Below are positions 40,707 through 50,435 of a stretch of 64,000 nucleotides of DNA, in pieces (position 1 is the stretch's first letter; every line of letters begins with the position of its first letter). Origin of the DNA: an uncultured Prevotellaceae bacterium (lineage in GTDB: Bacteria; Bacteroidota; Bacteroidia; Bacteroidales; Bacteroidaceae). The stretch covers positions 25,883-89,882 of the forward strand of contig CAMHJQ010000003.1 of NCBI GenBank assembly GCA_946185485.1, in the 5' to 3' direction. The notes below the pieces were generated by a model. That model saw only the letters and a program-made list of their open reading frames with translations. It was not told the origin of the DNA and made no database searches. The position numbers and the translations under genes were made by a program.

Positions 40707-43250
40707 ATGGATCAGACATTAGACAACGACAGAATTGTAAAAATCAACATCGAGGAGGAGATGAAGTCCTCTTATATCGACTATTCTATGTCGGTTATCG
40801 TGGCACGTGCCCTCCCCGATGTCCGTGACGGTTTCAAGCCCGTACACCGTCGTATCCTCTATGGTATGATGGGTATCAACAACGTTTCAACACAACCCTA
40901 CAAGAAGTGCGCTCGCGTCGTCGGTGAGGTGCTGGGTAAGTATCACCCCCATGGCGATGGCTCCGTATATGGCGCTCTCGTTCGCATGGCTCAGGACTGG
41001 AACATGCGCTACACGCTGGTTGATGGCCAGGGTAACTTCGGTTCGGTAGACGGTGACTCCCCCGCAGCCATGCGTTATACCGAGTGCCGCTTGTCGAAGA
41101 TGGGTGAGCATATCATGGACGACTTGGAAAAGGATACCGTCGATATGATGAACAACTTCGACGACTCGCTGGTGGAACCCACAGTGATGCCGACGAAGAT
41201 TCCCAATCTGCTGGTGAACGGTGGTAACGGTATTGCCGTAGGTATGGCTACCAACATGCCGACACATAACCTCGGTGAGGTCATTGACGGCTGCTGTGCC
41301 TACATCGACAATCCCGACATCGACACCGACGGACTGATGCAGTATATCCCAGGTCCCGACTTCCCTACGGGAGCTTATATTTATGGCCTGCAGGGTGTAC
41401 GTGATGCCTACGAGACAGGACGTGGTCGCATTGTGATGCGTGCCAAGGCTGAGATTGAGAGTACGGAGACGCACGACAAGATTGTCGTCACTGAGATTCC
41501 ATACGGTGTCAACAAGGCTGACCTGGTGAAGTATATAGCCGATTTGGCAAATGAGCACAAGATTGAGGGTGTGGCTAATGTCAACGATGAGTCAGGCCGT
41601 CAGGGTATGCGTATCGTCGTCGACTGCAAGCGTGACGCCAACGCCAATGTGCTGCTGAATAAGTTGTTTAAGATGACAGCCCTTCAGAGCTCATTCTCAG
41701 TAAATAACATTGCGCTGGTTAAGGGTCGTCCCCGCCTGCTGACACTCAAAGAGTGCGTCAAATATTTTGTCGAGCACCGTCACGACGTCACCATCCGTCG
41801 TACCAAGTACGACCTGCGCAAAGCCCAGGAGCGTGCTCACATCTTGGAGGGCTTGATCATCGCCGTCAACAACATTGACGAGGTGGTACGCATCATCAGA
41901 AACAGTAAGACCCCCAGCGATGCCCAGCGCAACCTGGAGGCTCGCTTCGAACTGGACGAACTCCAGTCGAAGGCTATCGTCGACATGCGTCTCTCACAAC
42001 TCACCGGATTGCGTGTCGATCAGCTACATCAGGAGTATGACGACCTGATGAAGCTCATTGCCGATTTGGAGGAAATCCTCAACAACCCCGAGCGCTGCAA
42101 GGAGGTCATGAAGCAGGAACTGCAGGAGGTGAAGGAGAAGTATGGCGACGAGCGCCGTACGGAGATAATCCCCTTCGACCACGAGTTTAATGCCGAGGAC
42201 TTTTATCCTGATGATCCTGTGGTTATCACCATCTCACACATGGGTTACATCAAGCGCACCCATTTGGATGAGTTCCATGAGCAGGGTAGGGGTGGTATGG
42301 GCTCCAAGGCAGCTCGTCACCGCGACAACGACTTTGCAGAGTACATCTATCCTGCCACCATGCACAACACCTTATTATTCTTTACGCAGAAGGGACGTTG
42401 CTACTGGCAGAAGTGCTATGAGATTCCTGAGGGCGACAAGAATTCGAAGGGCCGTGCCATCCAGAATATGTTGAACATCGAGCCTGACGATGCCGTCAAT
42501 GCTGTGCTGCGCATCAAGAACTTTAATGATGAGGAGTTCATGACCAGCCATTATGTTGTGTTTGCGACTAAGCAGGGTATTATTAAGAAAACCCGCCTCG
42601 ATGCCTATAAGAACGTACGTGCCGCTGGTGTTCGTGCCATTAACATCAACGAGGGCGACGAGGTGGTAGGCGTACGTCTGACCAACGGCAAGAACGAGTT
42701 GCTGCTGGCCAACCGTAACGGACGTGCCGTACGTTTCCATGAGGATGAGGTTCGTTCCATGGGACGTGTTTCGACGGGTGTCATCGGTATGCGACTTGAC
42801 GGCGGCGACGACGAGGTGGTAGGCATGGTATGTGTCAACGACCCGCTGACGGAGACCATCATGGTTGTCAGCGAGAACGGCTACGGCAAGCGTACCGACG
42901 TGGACGACTACCGCAAGACGGCCCGCGGTGCCAAGGGTGTAAAGACTCTGGCTATTACTGAGAAAACTGGCCGTCTGGTGGCCATTAAGGTGGTCACTGA
43001 CGAGAACGACTTGATGATTATCAACAAGTCGGGTGTCCTCATCCGCCTGAAGGTAGCCGATGTCCGCGTCATGGGCCGTGCCACACAGGGTGTGCGCCTC
43101 ATCAACCTCACCAAGAAGAACGACTCCATTGCCAGTGTATGCAAAGTGATGTCGTCGCAGGAAGAGGATGTCGAGGAAGCTGAATTGGCTGACGACAATG
43201 CTGATGACACAGAGGCAGAGACGGCGGCTCCTATCATTGACGTGGAATAA
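40707..43250 (+). CDS. gyrA: DNA gyrase subunit A
   Basis: [23 protein letters not shown], GyrA box QGRGGMG and pinwheel repeats. Confidence 0.97.
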   Translation: MDQTLDNDRIVKINIEEEMKSSYIDYSMSVIVARALPDVRDGFKPVHRRILYGMMGINNVSTQPYKKCARVVGEVLGKYHPHGDGSVYGALVRMAQDWNMRYTLVDGQGNFGSVDGDSPAAMRYTECRLSKMGEHIMDDLEKDTVDMMNNFDDSLVEPTVMPTKIPNLLVNGGNGIAVGMATNMPTHNLGEVIDGCCAYIDNPDIDTDGLMQYIPGPDFPTGAYIYGLQGVRDAYETGRGRIVMRAKAEIESTETHDKIVVTEIPYGVNKADLVKYIADLANEHKIEGVANVNDESGRQGMRIVVDCKRDANANVLLNKLFKMTALQSSFSVNNIALVKGRPRLLTLKECVKYFVEHRHDVTIRRTKYDLRKAQERAHILEGLIIAVNNIDEVVRIIRNSKTPSDAQRNLEARFELDELQSKAIVDMRLSQLTGLRVDQLHQEYDDLMKLIADLEEILNNPERCKEVMKQELQEVKEKYGDERRTEIIPFDHEFNAEDFYPDDPVVITISHMGYIKRTHLDEFHEQGRGGMGSKAARHRDNDFAEYIYPATMHNTLLFFTQKGRCYWQKCYEIPEGDKNSKGRAIQNMLNIEPDDAVNAVLRIKNFNDEEFMTSHYVVFATKQGIIKKTRLDAYKNVRAAGVRAININEGDEVVGVRLTNGKNELLLANRNGRAVRFHEDEVRSMGRVSTGVIGMRLDGGDDEVVGMVCVNDPLTETIMVVSENGYGKRTDVDDYRKTARGAKGVKTLAITEKTGRLVAIKVVTDENDLMIINKSGVLIRLKVADVRVMGRATQGVRLINLTKKNDSIASVCKVMSSQEEDVEEAELADDNADDTEAETAAPIIDVE

Positions 43251-43296
43251 ATGAAACTGGAAAATATTTGTATAACCGTAATTTAACTAAAGACTT

Positions 43297-44520
43297 ATGA
43301 AGAAATTAATGATGATGGCAATGATGTTCGCAGCAAGCGCTACGGCCTTTGCCGGTGACAGCGATGCCTTGAAGGCTGTGCTGAAGTCTAAGAGCTATGC
43401 TGAGGCAGCCTCGCTGCTGAAGGCTAACCTGGGTCAGATGGCAGACAATGCTGAAAAGGCCAAGGCTTACAACCATTTGGTGGACCTCGCTATGGATCAG
43501 GTTCAGCATGAGACTGGAACTATTGCCGAGAACCAGCTGGCAGTCCAGATGGGTACCCCCGACAAGCAGAAAGCCTACGATACTCTGGCTTTGGCCGACG
43601 GTATCTGCAATGCCATTGAGATGGCTGTTGAGTGCAATAAGTACGACCAGCTGCCCAATGCCAAGGGCAAGGTGGCTCCGAAGTTCGCCGAGAAGAATGC
43701 CCAGCGCATTTGGGCTGTACGTCCCAACCTCGTGAATGTCGGCCAGTCATCAGCTCAGGCAGGCAACGATGTTGGTGTACTGAAGTACTGGGGTGCCTTT
43801 GTTGATTCTGCTGAGGAGCCTTTCTTCTCTGCCATGGACCACAATCCCGAGAAAGAGTATGTCGGTCAGGTGGCTTTCTTCGCAGGTCGTTATGCCTTCC
43901 AGGCTAAGGATCTGGCACGTGCCAATAAGTACTTCGAGGTGGCTAAGCGTGATCCTCAGCAGAAGGCTGAGGCCGAGAACTTCCAGCTCTATGCTATGCG
44001 CAATAGTCTGAAGGACCGTCAGGACACGCTGGCTTTTATCAACCAACTGAAGCAGATGTACGAGGCTGAGCCCGAGAACGATGTTATCCTCGATGGTCTG
44101 AATGGTATGTACGAGGGTTTGAAGGACAAGGAGGCCCAGCGTGCACTGCTTGAGAATCACATCGCCAAGTTCCCCAACTCGTTTGCTGCCTTAGCCGACC
44201 GTGGTCTGATGGCTGTCAACGATAATAATGCTGAGGAGGGTGCCAAGTGGCTGCGCAAGGCCAGCGAGGCCAAGCCCGACAATGCTGTGGTATGGACCTA
44301 TCTGGGTGCCTGCTTGAGCGTACTTGCTGCCAATGCAGCTGATAATGCTTCGGCCACCAAGTACTACGACGAGGCAATTGCCGCCTTCGATAAGGCAAAG
44401 GAACTCGATCCAACCCGTGCACAAGCTAACTGGGGCTACAACCGTTATCAGGCATACTACGGACGCTATGGTGCCGACGATCCCAAGACCAAGCAGGCTG
44501 AGGAAGACATGAAGAACTAA
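43297..44520 (+). CDS. Exported TPR protein
   Basis: Signal peptide; TPR-like helices (AVVWTYLG, AIAAFDKAKELDP). Confidence 0.75.
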   Translation: MKKLMMMAMMFAASATAFAGDSDALKAVLKSKSYAEAASLLKANLGQMADNAEKAKAYNHLVDLAMDQVQHETGTIAENQLAVQMGTPDKQKAYDTLALADGICNAIEMAVECNKYDQLPNAKGKVAPKFAEKNAQRIWAVRPNLVNVGQSSAQAGNDVGVLKYWGAFVDSAEEPFFSAMDHNPEKEYVGQVAFFAGRYAFQAKDLARANKYFEVAKRDPQQKAEAENFQLYAMRNSLKDRQDTLAFINQLKQMYEAEPENDVILDGLNGMYEGLKDKEAQRALLENHIAKFPNSFAALADRGLMAVNDNNAEEGAKWLRKASEAKPDNAVVWTYLGACLSVLAANAADNASATKYYDEAIAAFDKAKELDPTRAQANWGYNRYQAYYGRYGADDPKTKQAEEDMKN

Positions 44521-44544
44521 TCTTCAGGCCTCATTTTTCTTAAT

Positions 44545-44585
44545 AACAAAGCACCCTGTGGGAACTTCCTGCAGGGTGCTTTGTT
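44545..44585 (+). terminator. Intrinsic terminator after gyrA-TPR
   Basis: AACAAAGCACCCTGTGGG / CCTGCAGGGTGCTTTGTT hairpin. Confidence 0.85.
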
Positions 44586-44782
44586 TCCTGTTATGTAGTA
44601 TTGATTGTTCTTTTTACTACAAAATGAGAGAAAAAGAGGACGTTTGGAGTATTGTGTTATTTTTTACAAAGTAAATGTTATATATGATGCGGGTACGAAT
44701 AAACAATATTTACTAATTTTGCAGAAAATTTTAAGTTAAAAATTTATCTATTAACTCTAATTACTAATCAAAAACAAGTTGT

Positions 44783-47700
44783 ATGAAACAGAAAGCAACA
44801 AGAAAACTTCTTTCGATGCTGTTTGTGCTGTTGGCATTCCCTACGATGCTGCTGGCACAGAGCGTTGTAAAGGGTAATGTGAAGGACGGTAACGGCGAAC
44901 CCGTTATCGGTGCAACAGTGAAGGTTAGTGGCACCCAGCAGGGAGCCATCACCGACATTGACGGTAACTTCTCGGTTCAGGCCAGCAGCAATGCTACACT
45001 GACCATTTCCTACGTGGGCTATGTTACCCAGCAGGTGGCTCTCGGCGGACGTACCAATATCAGCGTCACGCTGCAGGAGGACAACACTACGCTGAACGAC
45101 GTTGTGGTCATCGGTTATGGTACCCAGCGCCGTGAGGCCGTTACCGGTTCTGTAGCCAACATCGGTGGAGAGAAACTGAATCAGGTTGCCGCCACTAACG
45201 CTGCTCAGGCTCTTCAGGGCCGCGTCGCCGGTGTGCTGATGACACAGACATCGACAAAGCCCGGTGCCGAGATGCAGATTCGCATCCGTGGTCAGCGCTC
45301 ACTGAGTGCCTCTAACGACCCGTTGATTGTGTTGGACGGTATCCCCTTTATGGGACAGCTCTCCGATATCAATCCTGCTGACATCAAGTCGATGGACATC
45401 CTGAAGGATGCCTCTGCAACCGCCATCTACGGTTCTCGTGGTGCCAACGGTGTCATCATCATCACTACGATCAAGGGTGCCATGGGTACTCCCGCTAAGG
45501 TGACTTACAACGGCTATGTCAGCTTCAAGAAGGTGTTCCACAAATATCCGATGATGGACGGCCCTACGTTCTCGAAGATGCGTCAGTATGCCGGCAAGTA
45601 CCAGAACTCGCTGGACGAGAGCGATGACATTAATACCGATTGGCAGGATTTGTACTACCAGACAGGTATCAGCCACAACCACGACCTGAGTGTGGCCGGT
45701 GGTACCAATGGTGGCAGCTACAGCTTCGGCGCTGGTTACTATAAGGACGAGTCGGTTGTTCCCACCGAAGGTTACGACCGTATCTCCATTCGTGGTAACT
45801 TCGACCAGACCGTTGGCAAGTTCTTCCGCTTCGGTCTGAGCACCAACACCAGCTATCGCAAGACTGAGGGTGTGAACAATATGTATGCTGTATTGTGCTC
45901 GTCTCCTCTGTCAAGCCCTTATGATGCCGACGGTAACCTGAAGCGTTACAACGCTCTTCCTGCCGACGACCAGGTGGTTATCACGAAGGAGTCTGTAGAG
46001 CGTGACAAGGATGTGTGGCTGAGCGAGAACAAGGGTATCGGTACTTATAACACGCTGTTTGCCGAGTTGAAGTGCCCGTGGATTGAAGGTCTGAGCTATC
46101 GTATCAACGTCGGTCTGAACTTCCGCAGCTCGAAGTCCGGGTCGTTCACGGGTACGGGTGTGAATAATAAGGATGCCAATGCTGTCAACGGTGGTTCTGT
46201 TTATGAAAACCAGACCCGTAACTGGACGGTAGAAAACCTGCTGACCTACGACCGCACCTTCGCCGAGAAGCACAACCTGAACGTTGTTGCCATGTATTCT
46301 GCCGAGCAGACGGCTTACGAGCAGAGTGGTGGCAGTGCACAGGAAATTCCCGCCGACTACTTCCAGTACTATGCACTCGACAAGGCCACTGGTCAGACAA
46401 ACCTCACAGGTTATAACTACTGGCAGAGCGGTCTGATTTCATGGATGGGCCGTGTGATGTATTCTTATGATAATAAGTATATGGCTTCTGTCGCCCTCCG
46501 TTCTGATGCTTCTTCACGCCTGGCCGAAGGTCACAAGTGGCACACATATCCTGCTGTCAGCGTTGGTTGGAACATTGCTCGCGAAAACTTCATGGAGAGC
46601 ACCAAGTCGTGGCTTGACAACTTGAAGCTGCGCATCGGTTACGGTGAGACCTCTAACCAGAGTATCAATCCTTACTCTACCCTTGGTGGTCTGGCCATCC
46701 GCAACTACAACTTCGGTAACGGAACCAACTACAAGGCTGGTTACTATGTGAACACACTGCCTAATGCTGAACTGGGCTGGGAGTACTCGAAGACCTGGAA
46801 CTTCGGTCTCGACTTCTCACTGTTCAACGGACGTCTCTCCGGATCGTTCGAATACTACATCCAGAAGACCAACGACATCCTGCTCGGCGTCAAGCTGCCT
46901 GACTCTTCAGGTGTAAGCAGCTATACCGGTAACATCGGTAACACCGAGAATAAGGGTTGGGAGTTGACTTTGAACGGCGTCATCATCGACAACAAGAACG
47001 GTTGGAACTGGGAGGCTGGTATCAACATCTACCAGAACCGCAACAAGCTGACTAAGCTGACTGGTGCTGTCGATGAAAACGGTAAGGATGTAAACGACAA
47101 GGATAACCGCTGGTTCATTGGTTATCCCATCGATGTCATCTACGACTACGAGTATGTCGGCCTGTGGCAGGCTGGCGAAGAGGAGCTGATGAACAAGCTG
47201 CAGCCTGGTTCTAATGTGGGTTCGATTAGAGTGAAGTATACTGGCGACTACGATGCCAACGGTATGCCTACCCGCGCCATCAACGCCGACGACCGTCAGG
47301 TGATGAGCATGGAGCCCGACCTGGTTGGTGGTTTCAATTCGACAGTGACCTATAAGAACTTCGACTTCACGGTCATTGGTGCTTTCCAGATTGGTGGTAA
47401 GCTGATTTCTGCCATTCATTCTTCCAATGGTTATCTGAACATGCTGACAGGTCGTCGCAACAACCTCGACGTTGACTACTGGACCGAGGAGAATACCGGT
47501 GCCCACTATCCGAAGCCCGGTGGCGTTCAGGATGGTGATAACCCCAAGTACGGTTCTACACTCGGCTATTTCAATGCCGGCTATCTGAAGTTCCGTGCCA
47601 TTACCTTAGGTTATGACTTTGCTGGTCTGAAGGCTGTCAAGGACCTCGGCATCAGCCGTCTGCGCCTCTATGCTACGGTTCAGAACCCGTTCGTGCTCTT

Positions 47701-47863
47701 CTCTCCGTATACCAACGAATGCGGCCTTGATCCTGAGACCAACTCATGGTCAAACGAGAATACGGCAGTCGGTTACAGCTTCGGCTCACGCAAGATGCCA
47801 ATCATTGGTTACAATACGCCTGTTACCCGCAACTTCCTCTTCGGAGTAAACGTTACATTCTAA
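44783..47863 (+). CDS. SusC/RagA TonB-dependent receptor
   Basis: VVVIGYG, plug ILKDASATAIYGSRGANGVIIIT, LKLRIGYG and C-terminal GVNVTF. A -7 box lies at 44714-44721. Confidence 0.96.
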   Translation: MKQKATRKLLSMLFVLLAFPTMLLAQSVVKGNVKDGNGEPVIGATVKVSGTQQGAITDIDGNFSVQASSNATLTISYVGYVTQQVALGGRTNISVTLQEDNTTLNDVVVIGYGTQRREAVTGSVANIGGEKLNQVAATNAAQALQGRVAGVLMTQTSTKPGAEMQIRIRGQRSLSASNDPLIVLDGIPFMGQLSDINPADIKSMDILKDASATAIYGSRGANGVIIITTIKGAMGTPAKVTYNGYVSFKKVFHKYPMMDGPTFSKMRQYAGKYQNSLDESDDINTDWQDLYYQTGISHNHDLSVAGGTNGGSYSFGAGYYKDESVVPTEGYDRISIRGNFDQTVGKFFRFGLSTNTSYRKTEGVNNMYAVLCSSPLSSPYDADGNLKRYNALPADDQVVITKESVERDKDVWLSENKGIGTYNTLFAELKCPWIEGLSYRINVGLNFRSSKSGSFTGTGVNNKDANAVNGGSVYENQTRNWTVENLLTYDRTFAEKHNLNVVAMYSAEQTAYEQSGGSAQEIPADYFQYYALDKATGQTNLTGYNYWQSGLISWMGRVMYSYDNKYMASVALRSDASSRLAEGHKWHTYPAVSVGWNIARENFMESTKSWLDNLKLRIGYGETSNQSINPYSTLGGLAIRNYNFGNGTNYKAGYYVNTLPNAELGWEYSKTWNFGLDFSLFNGRLSGSFEYYIQKTNDILLGVKLPDSSGVSSYTGNIGNTENKGWELTLNGVIIDNKNGWNWEAGINIYQNRNKLTKLTGAVDENGKDVNDKDNRWFIGYPIDVIYDYEYVGLWQAGEEELMNKLQPGSNVGSIRVKYTGDYDANGMPTRAINADDRQVMSMEPDLVGGFNSTVTYKNFDFTVIGAFQIGGKLISAIHSSNGYLNMLTGRRNNLDVDYWTEENTGAHYPKPGGVQDGDNPKYGSTLGYFNAGYLKFRAITLGYDFAGLKAVKDLGISRLRLYATVQNPFVLFSPYTNECGLDPETNSWSNENTAVGYSFGSRKMPIIGYNTPVTRNFLFGVNVTF

Positions 47864-47893
47864 TTAAGAGTTAAGATTTAAGCATTAAGATTT

Positions 47894-49840
47894 ATGAAAA
47901 CGAAAAATATCAAATACATTCTTGCTGCGGGTTTAGTTTGCTGTGGTCTGACCACTACGCTGACCTCCTGTAGCAGTGTTCTTGACGAACAGCCGCGCAG
48001 CCAGTTCGACCCGACATATTTCAATACGAAGGCGGGTATCGAGGGCGGTATCACATCGCTCTATGCTCATCTGCGCTATTTCTATGGCAACGGTTACTAT
48101 CTGAACACCATGGAGACGGGTACCGACGAGTACACCTACGCACAGTCCGCAGACGGCAATTTCAAGGATGCCGACCTCACGAGTGTCAGTAATCTGAATC
48201 CTACCAGCAGTGTGGCCGGTGGCGCATGGGGAACCCTCTTCGCCGATATCAATACCGCCAATGGTATCATTGAGAATGGTCCAGCTACCGGTATCGACAA
48301 TGCACTGTTGGCAGAAGCTTACTTCTTCCGCGCTTTCGACTACTTCATCCTCGTCCAGACCTATGGTGGTGTGCCCCTCGATCTGGGTGCCGGCGAACTG
48401 AAGTTCAACACCACAACCTCTCGTGTCTCAGTACGTAATACCGTGCCCGAGGTCTATGCCGCCATCTTCAGCGACTTTGAGAAGGCACTGGCTGACCTGC
48501 CCGAGAATCCCCGTATGACTGGCACTGTTACCAAGAACGTAGCCCGTCTGTTCCTCTCGAAGGCTTATCTGACCTATGCATGGTGGCTGGAGAACCCCAA
48601 CAACATCCCCACCTATCCTGAGTGCAGCCGTAACAGCGGTGAGGCCAAGGCCTATTTCCAGAAGGCATACGAAACGGCAAAGGCTGCTATCAGCAATCCT
48701 GGTCCCTACAAGTTGCAGACGACCTTCTACGATGTGAATGTTGCTACCAACGACCGCAACTCCGAGATTATGCTTTATGCCGACCACGACGAGGACGAGA
48801 AATTTGGTAACGGTGGTGCTGGCTACGGCTGGGGTAACGGTGCTTCTCCTGAGAACTTCGCTTACTGGATGGAGACTTGGAACTACACTGAGATGATTGC
48901 CAAGGATCCTGACGGCAACAACATCAACCCCGTACAGCGCGAGGCTGTTCAGGGTCTCGGACGTCCCTGGACCCGTATGGCTCCTATCGCTGATGCCTTC
49001 ATGGCCGGTGGTGTGTGGGAAGATGCCGTCAAGCATATCGACTCACGTTACGATGCCACCTTCACCCTGAGCTACTTCACCAACTGGACGAAGTCTGGTG
49101 GTAAGGCTGCTTACGTTCTGGGTGCCAATGGCATGCACGTAGCACCTAACGAGATTTACTTCAGCTGGGTTCCCGAGAGCGACGACAGCAAGATTAACTA
49201 CACCGGTGCCGACGGTAAGCTGGGCTTCGGCGAGATAGCTGGCCGTCCGGACTTCGTGGTAGCTGTCAACCATATCAGCCGTAAGAAGTACCCTTGTAAC
49301 TGGAAGATTGGTATCTATCGTACCGACAACGCCGGTGGTTTGGGTTCGAAGGTTAACGGTGGCTCGCCCCGTCCTTGGAACATCGCCAAGTTCTCTGAGT
49401 TCTACCTTATCGCTGCCGAGGCTGCTGTGAAGCTGAACTTGAACTCCGAGGCCCGCGAGCTTGTGAACGTGCTTCGTGCACGTGCCGGTAAGGTATCCTA
49501 CTGTGTCAATGCACGCGCTCCGCTCGCCGCCGACTACAGTGCAGAGATGGTTGCCGCAACACCTGCCACCATTACTATCGACTACATCCTCGACGAGCGT
49601 AGCCGTGAGTTCTGGGGTGAGGGCTACCGTTGGTTCGACCTCGTTCGTACCCAGAAGTGGGCTGAGCGTGCTACCGTTTATCACATCGCAGGTTCAGGCT
49701 ATACAGATAATACGCTTGAAGAGTTCAAGCGCGAGATTACTCCAGGTCGTTATCTCCGTCCTATCCCACAGGGACAGATTGACGGTCTGATGATGTCCAC
49801 AGAGGAAAAAGCAAATTATCAGAATCCTGAATACAGGTAA
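47894..49840 (+). CDS. SusD/RagB lipoprotein
   Basis: LTSC lipobox; AEAYFFRA.DY, ERSREFWGEGYRWFDLVRT and QNPEY motifs. Confidence 0.95.
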   Translation: MKTKNIKYILAAGLVCCGLTTTLTSCSSVLDEQPRSQFDPTYFNTKAGIEGGITSLYAHLRYFYGNGYYLNTMETGTDEYTYAQSADGNFKDADLTSVSNLNPTSSVAGGAWGTLFADINTANGIIENGPATGIDNALLAEAYFFRAFDYFILVQTYGGVPLDLGAGELKFNTTTSRVSVRNTVPEVYAAIFSDFEKALADLPENPRMTGTVTKNVARLFLSKAYLTYAWWLENPNNIPTYPECSRNSGEAKAYFQKAYETAKAAISNPGPYKLQTTFYDVNVATNDRNSEIMLYADHDEDEKFGNGGAGYGWGNGASPENFAYWMETWNYTEMIAKDPDGNNINPVQREAVQGLGRPWTRMAPIADAFMAGGVWEDAVKHIDSRYDATFTLSYFTNWTKSGGKAAYVLGANGMHVAPNEIYFSWVPESDDSKINYTGADGKLGFGEIAGRPDFVVAVNHISRKKYPCNWKIGIYRTDNAGGLGSKVNGGSPRPWNIAKFSEFYLIAAEAAVKLNLNSEARELVNVLRARAGKVSYCVNARAPLAADYSAEMVAATPATITIDYILDERSREFWGEGYRWFDLVRTQKWAERATVYHIAGSGYTDNTLEEFKREITPGRYLRPIPQGQIDGLMMSTEEKANYQNPEYR

Positions 49841-49883
49841 TTGACGACATTGTTTTAGATTCTATATTTTTGAATTTAACGTC

Positions 49884-49920
49884 GAGAGCCGACATCCACC
49901 GCGGGATGCCGGCTCTCTTC
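49884..49920 (+). terminator. Hairpin or terminator after susD
   Basis: GAGAGCCGACATCC-loop-GGATGCCGGCTCTC followed by TTCTT. Confidence 0.7.
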
Positions 49921-49959
49921 TTCATTCTTCACTCTTCATTCTTCACTCTTCATTCTTCA
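49915..49959. repeat. Heptamer tandem repeat (TTCATTC/TTCACTC)n
   Basis: About 6 alternating units; they supply the last codons and stop of the amidase-like ORF. Confidence 0.9.
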
Positions 49960-50366
49960 AGTTCTGCACTACCCGGGTCGCTGCCCGCGAGGTCCTGGCG
50001 CGTGTGCACCTCCACCATCGGGAAGCAGTTCTTCAGGGTGGTGATTACGGCCTTCATCGCGTCCAGCTGGGCCCGTGTGGCAGTGAAGAACGGCGCGCCG
50101 TCCATCATGCCACCGATGTAGGCCACGCTGATGGCTTCCACATTGTGTGCCCTGCTGCAGCGTGCTGGCTCGTCCAGCGTCCGGCAGGCCTCCACCGTGC
50201 CATCCCTGCGGATGACCAGGTGGTGACCACAGTCCGGATACCCCGACTGCCTGACGGCTGCATTGACTTCTGCAAGGGTTTCTACGCCCTCTTCCGTCCT
50301 CGTCGAACAGAGTATCAGATACTTCAGTTCTCGTCTAATCGCTCGAAAATACTGTCGTTTTTTCAT
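49950..50366 (-). CDS. Degenerate Amidase_2 (T7 lysozyme-like) protein
   Basis: GHHLVIRRDGTVE..R, HN...ISVAYIGG and TRAQ scaffold; Zn ligands altered. Confidence 0.75.
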   Translation of the reverse strand: MKKRQYFRAIRRELKYLILCSTRTEEGVETLAEVNAAVRQSGYPDCGHHLVIRRDGTVEACRTLDEPARCSRAHNVEAISVAYIGGMMDGAPFFTATRAQLDAMKAVITTLKNCFPMVEVHTRQDLAGSDPGSAELEE

Positions 50367-50435
50367 AAAATACCAAAAAGTTTAAAAGTTTAAAAGTTTA
50401 ATTTACACTCGCTCGTTTTCTTTTAGATTTTCTCT

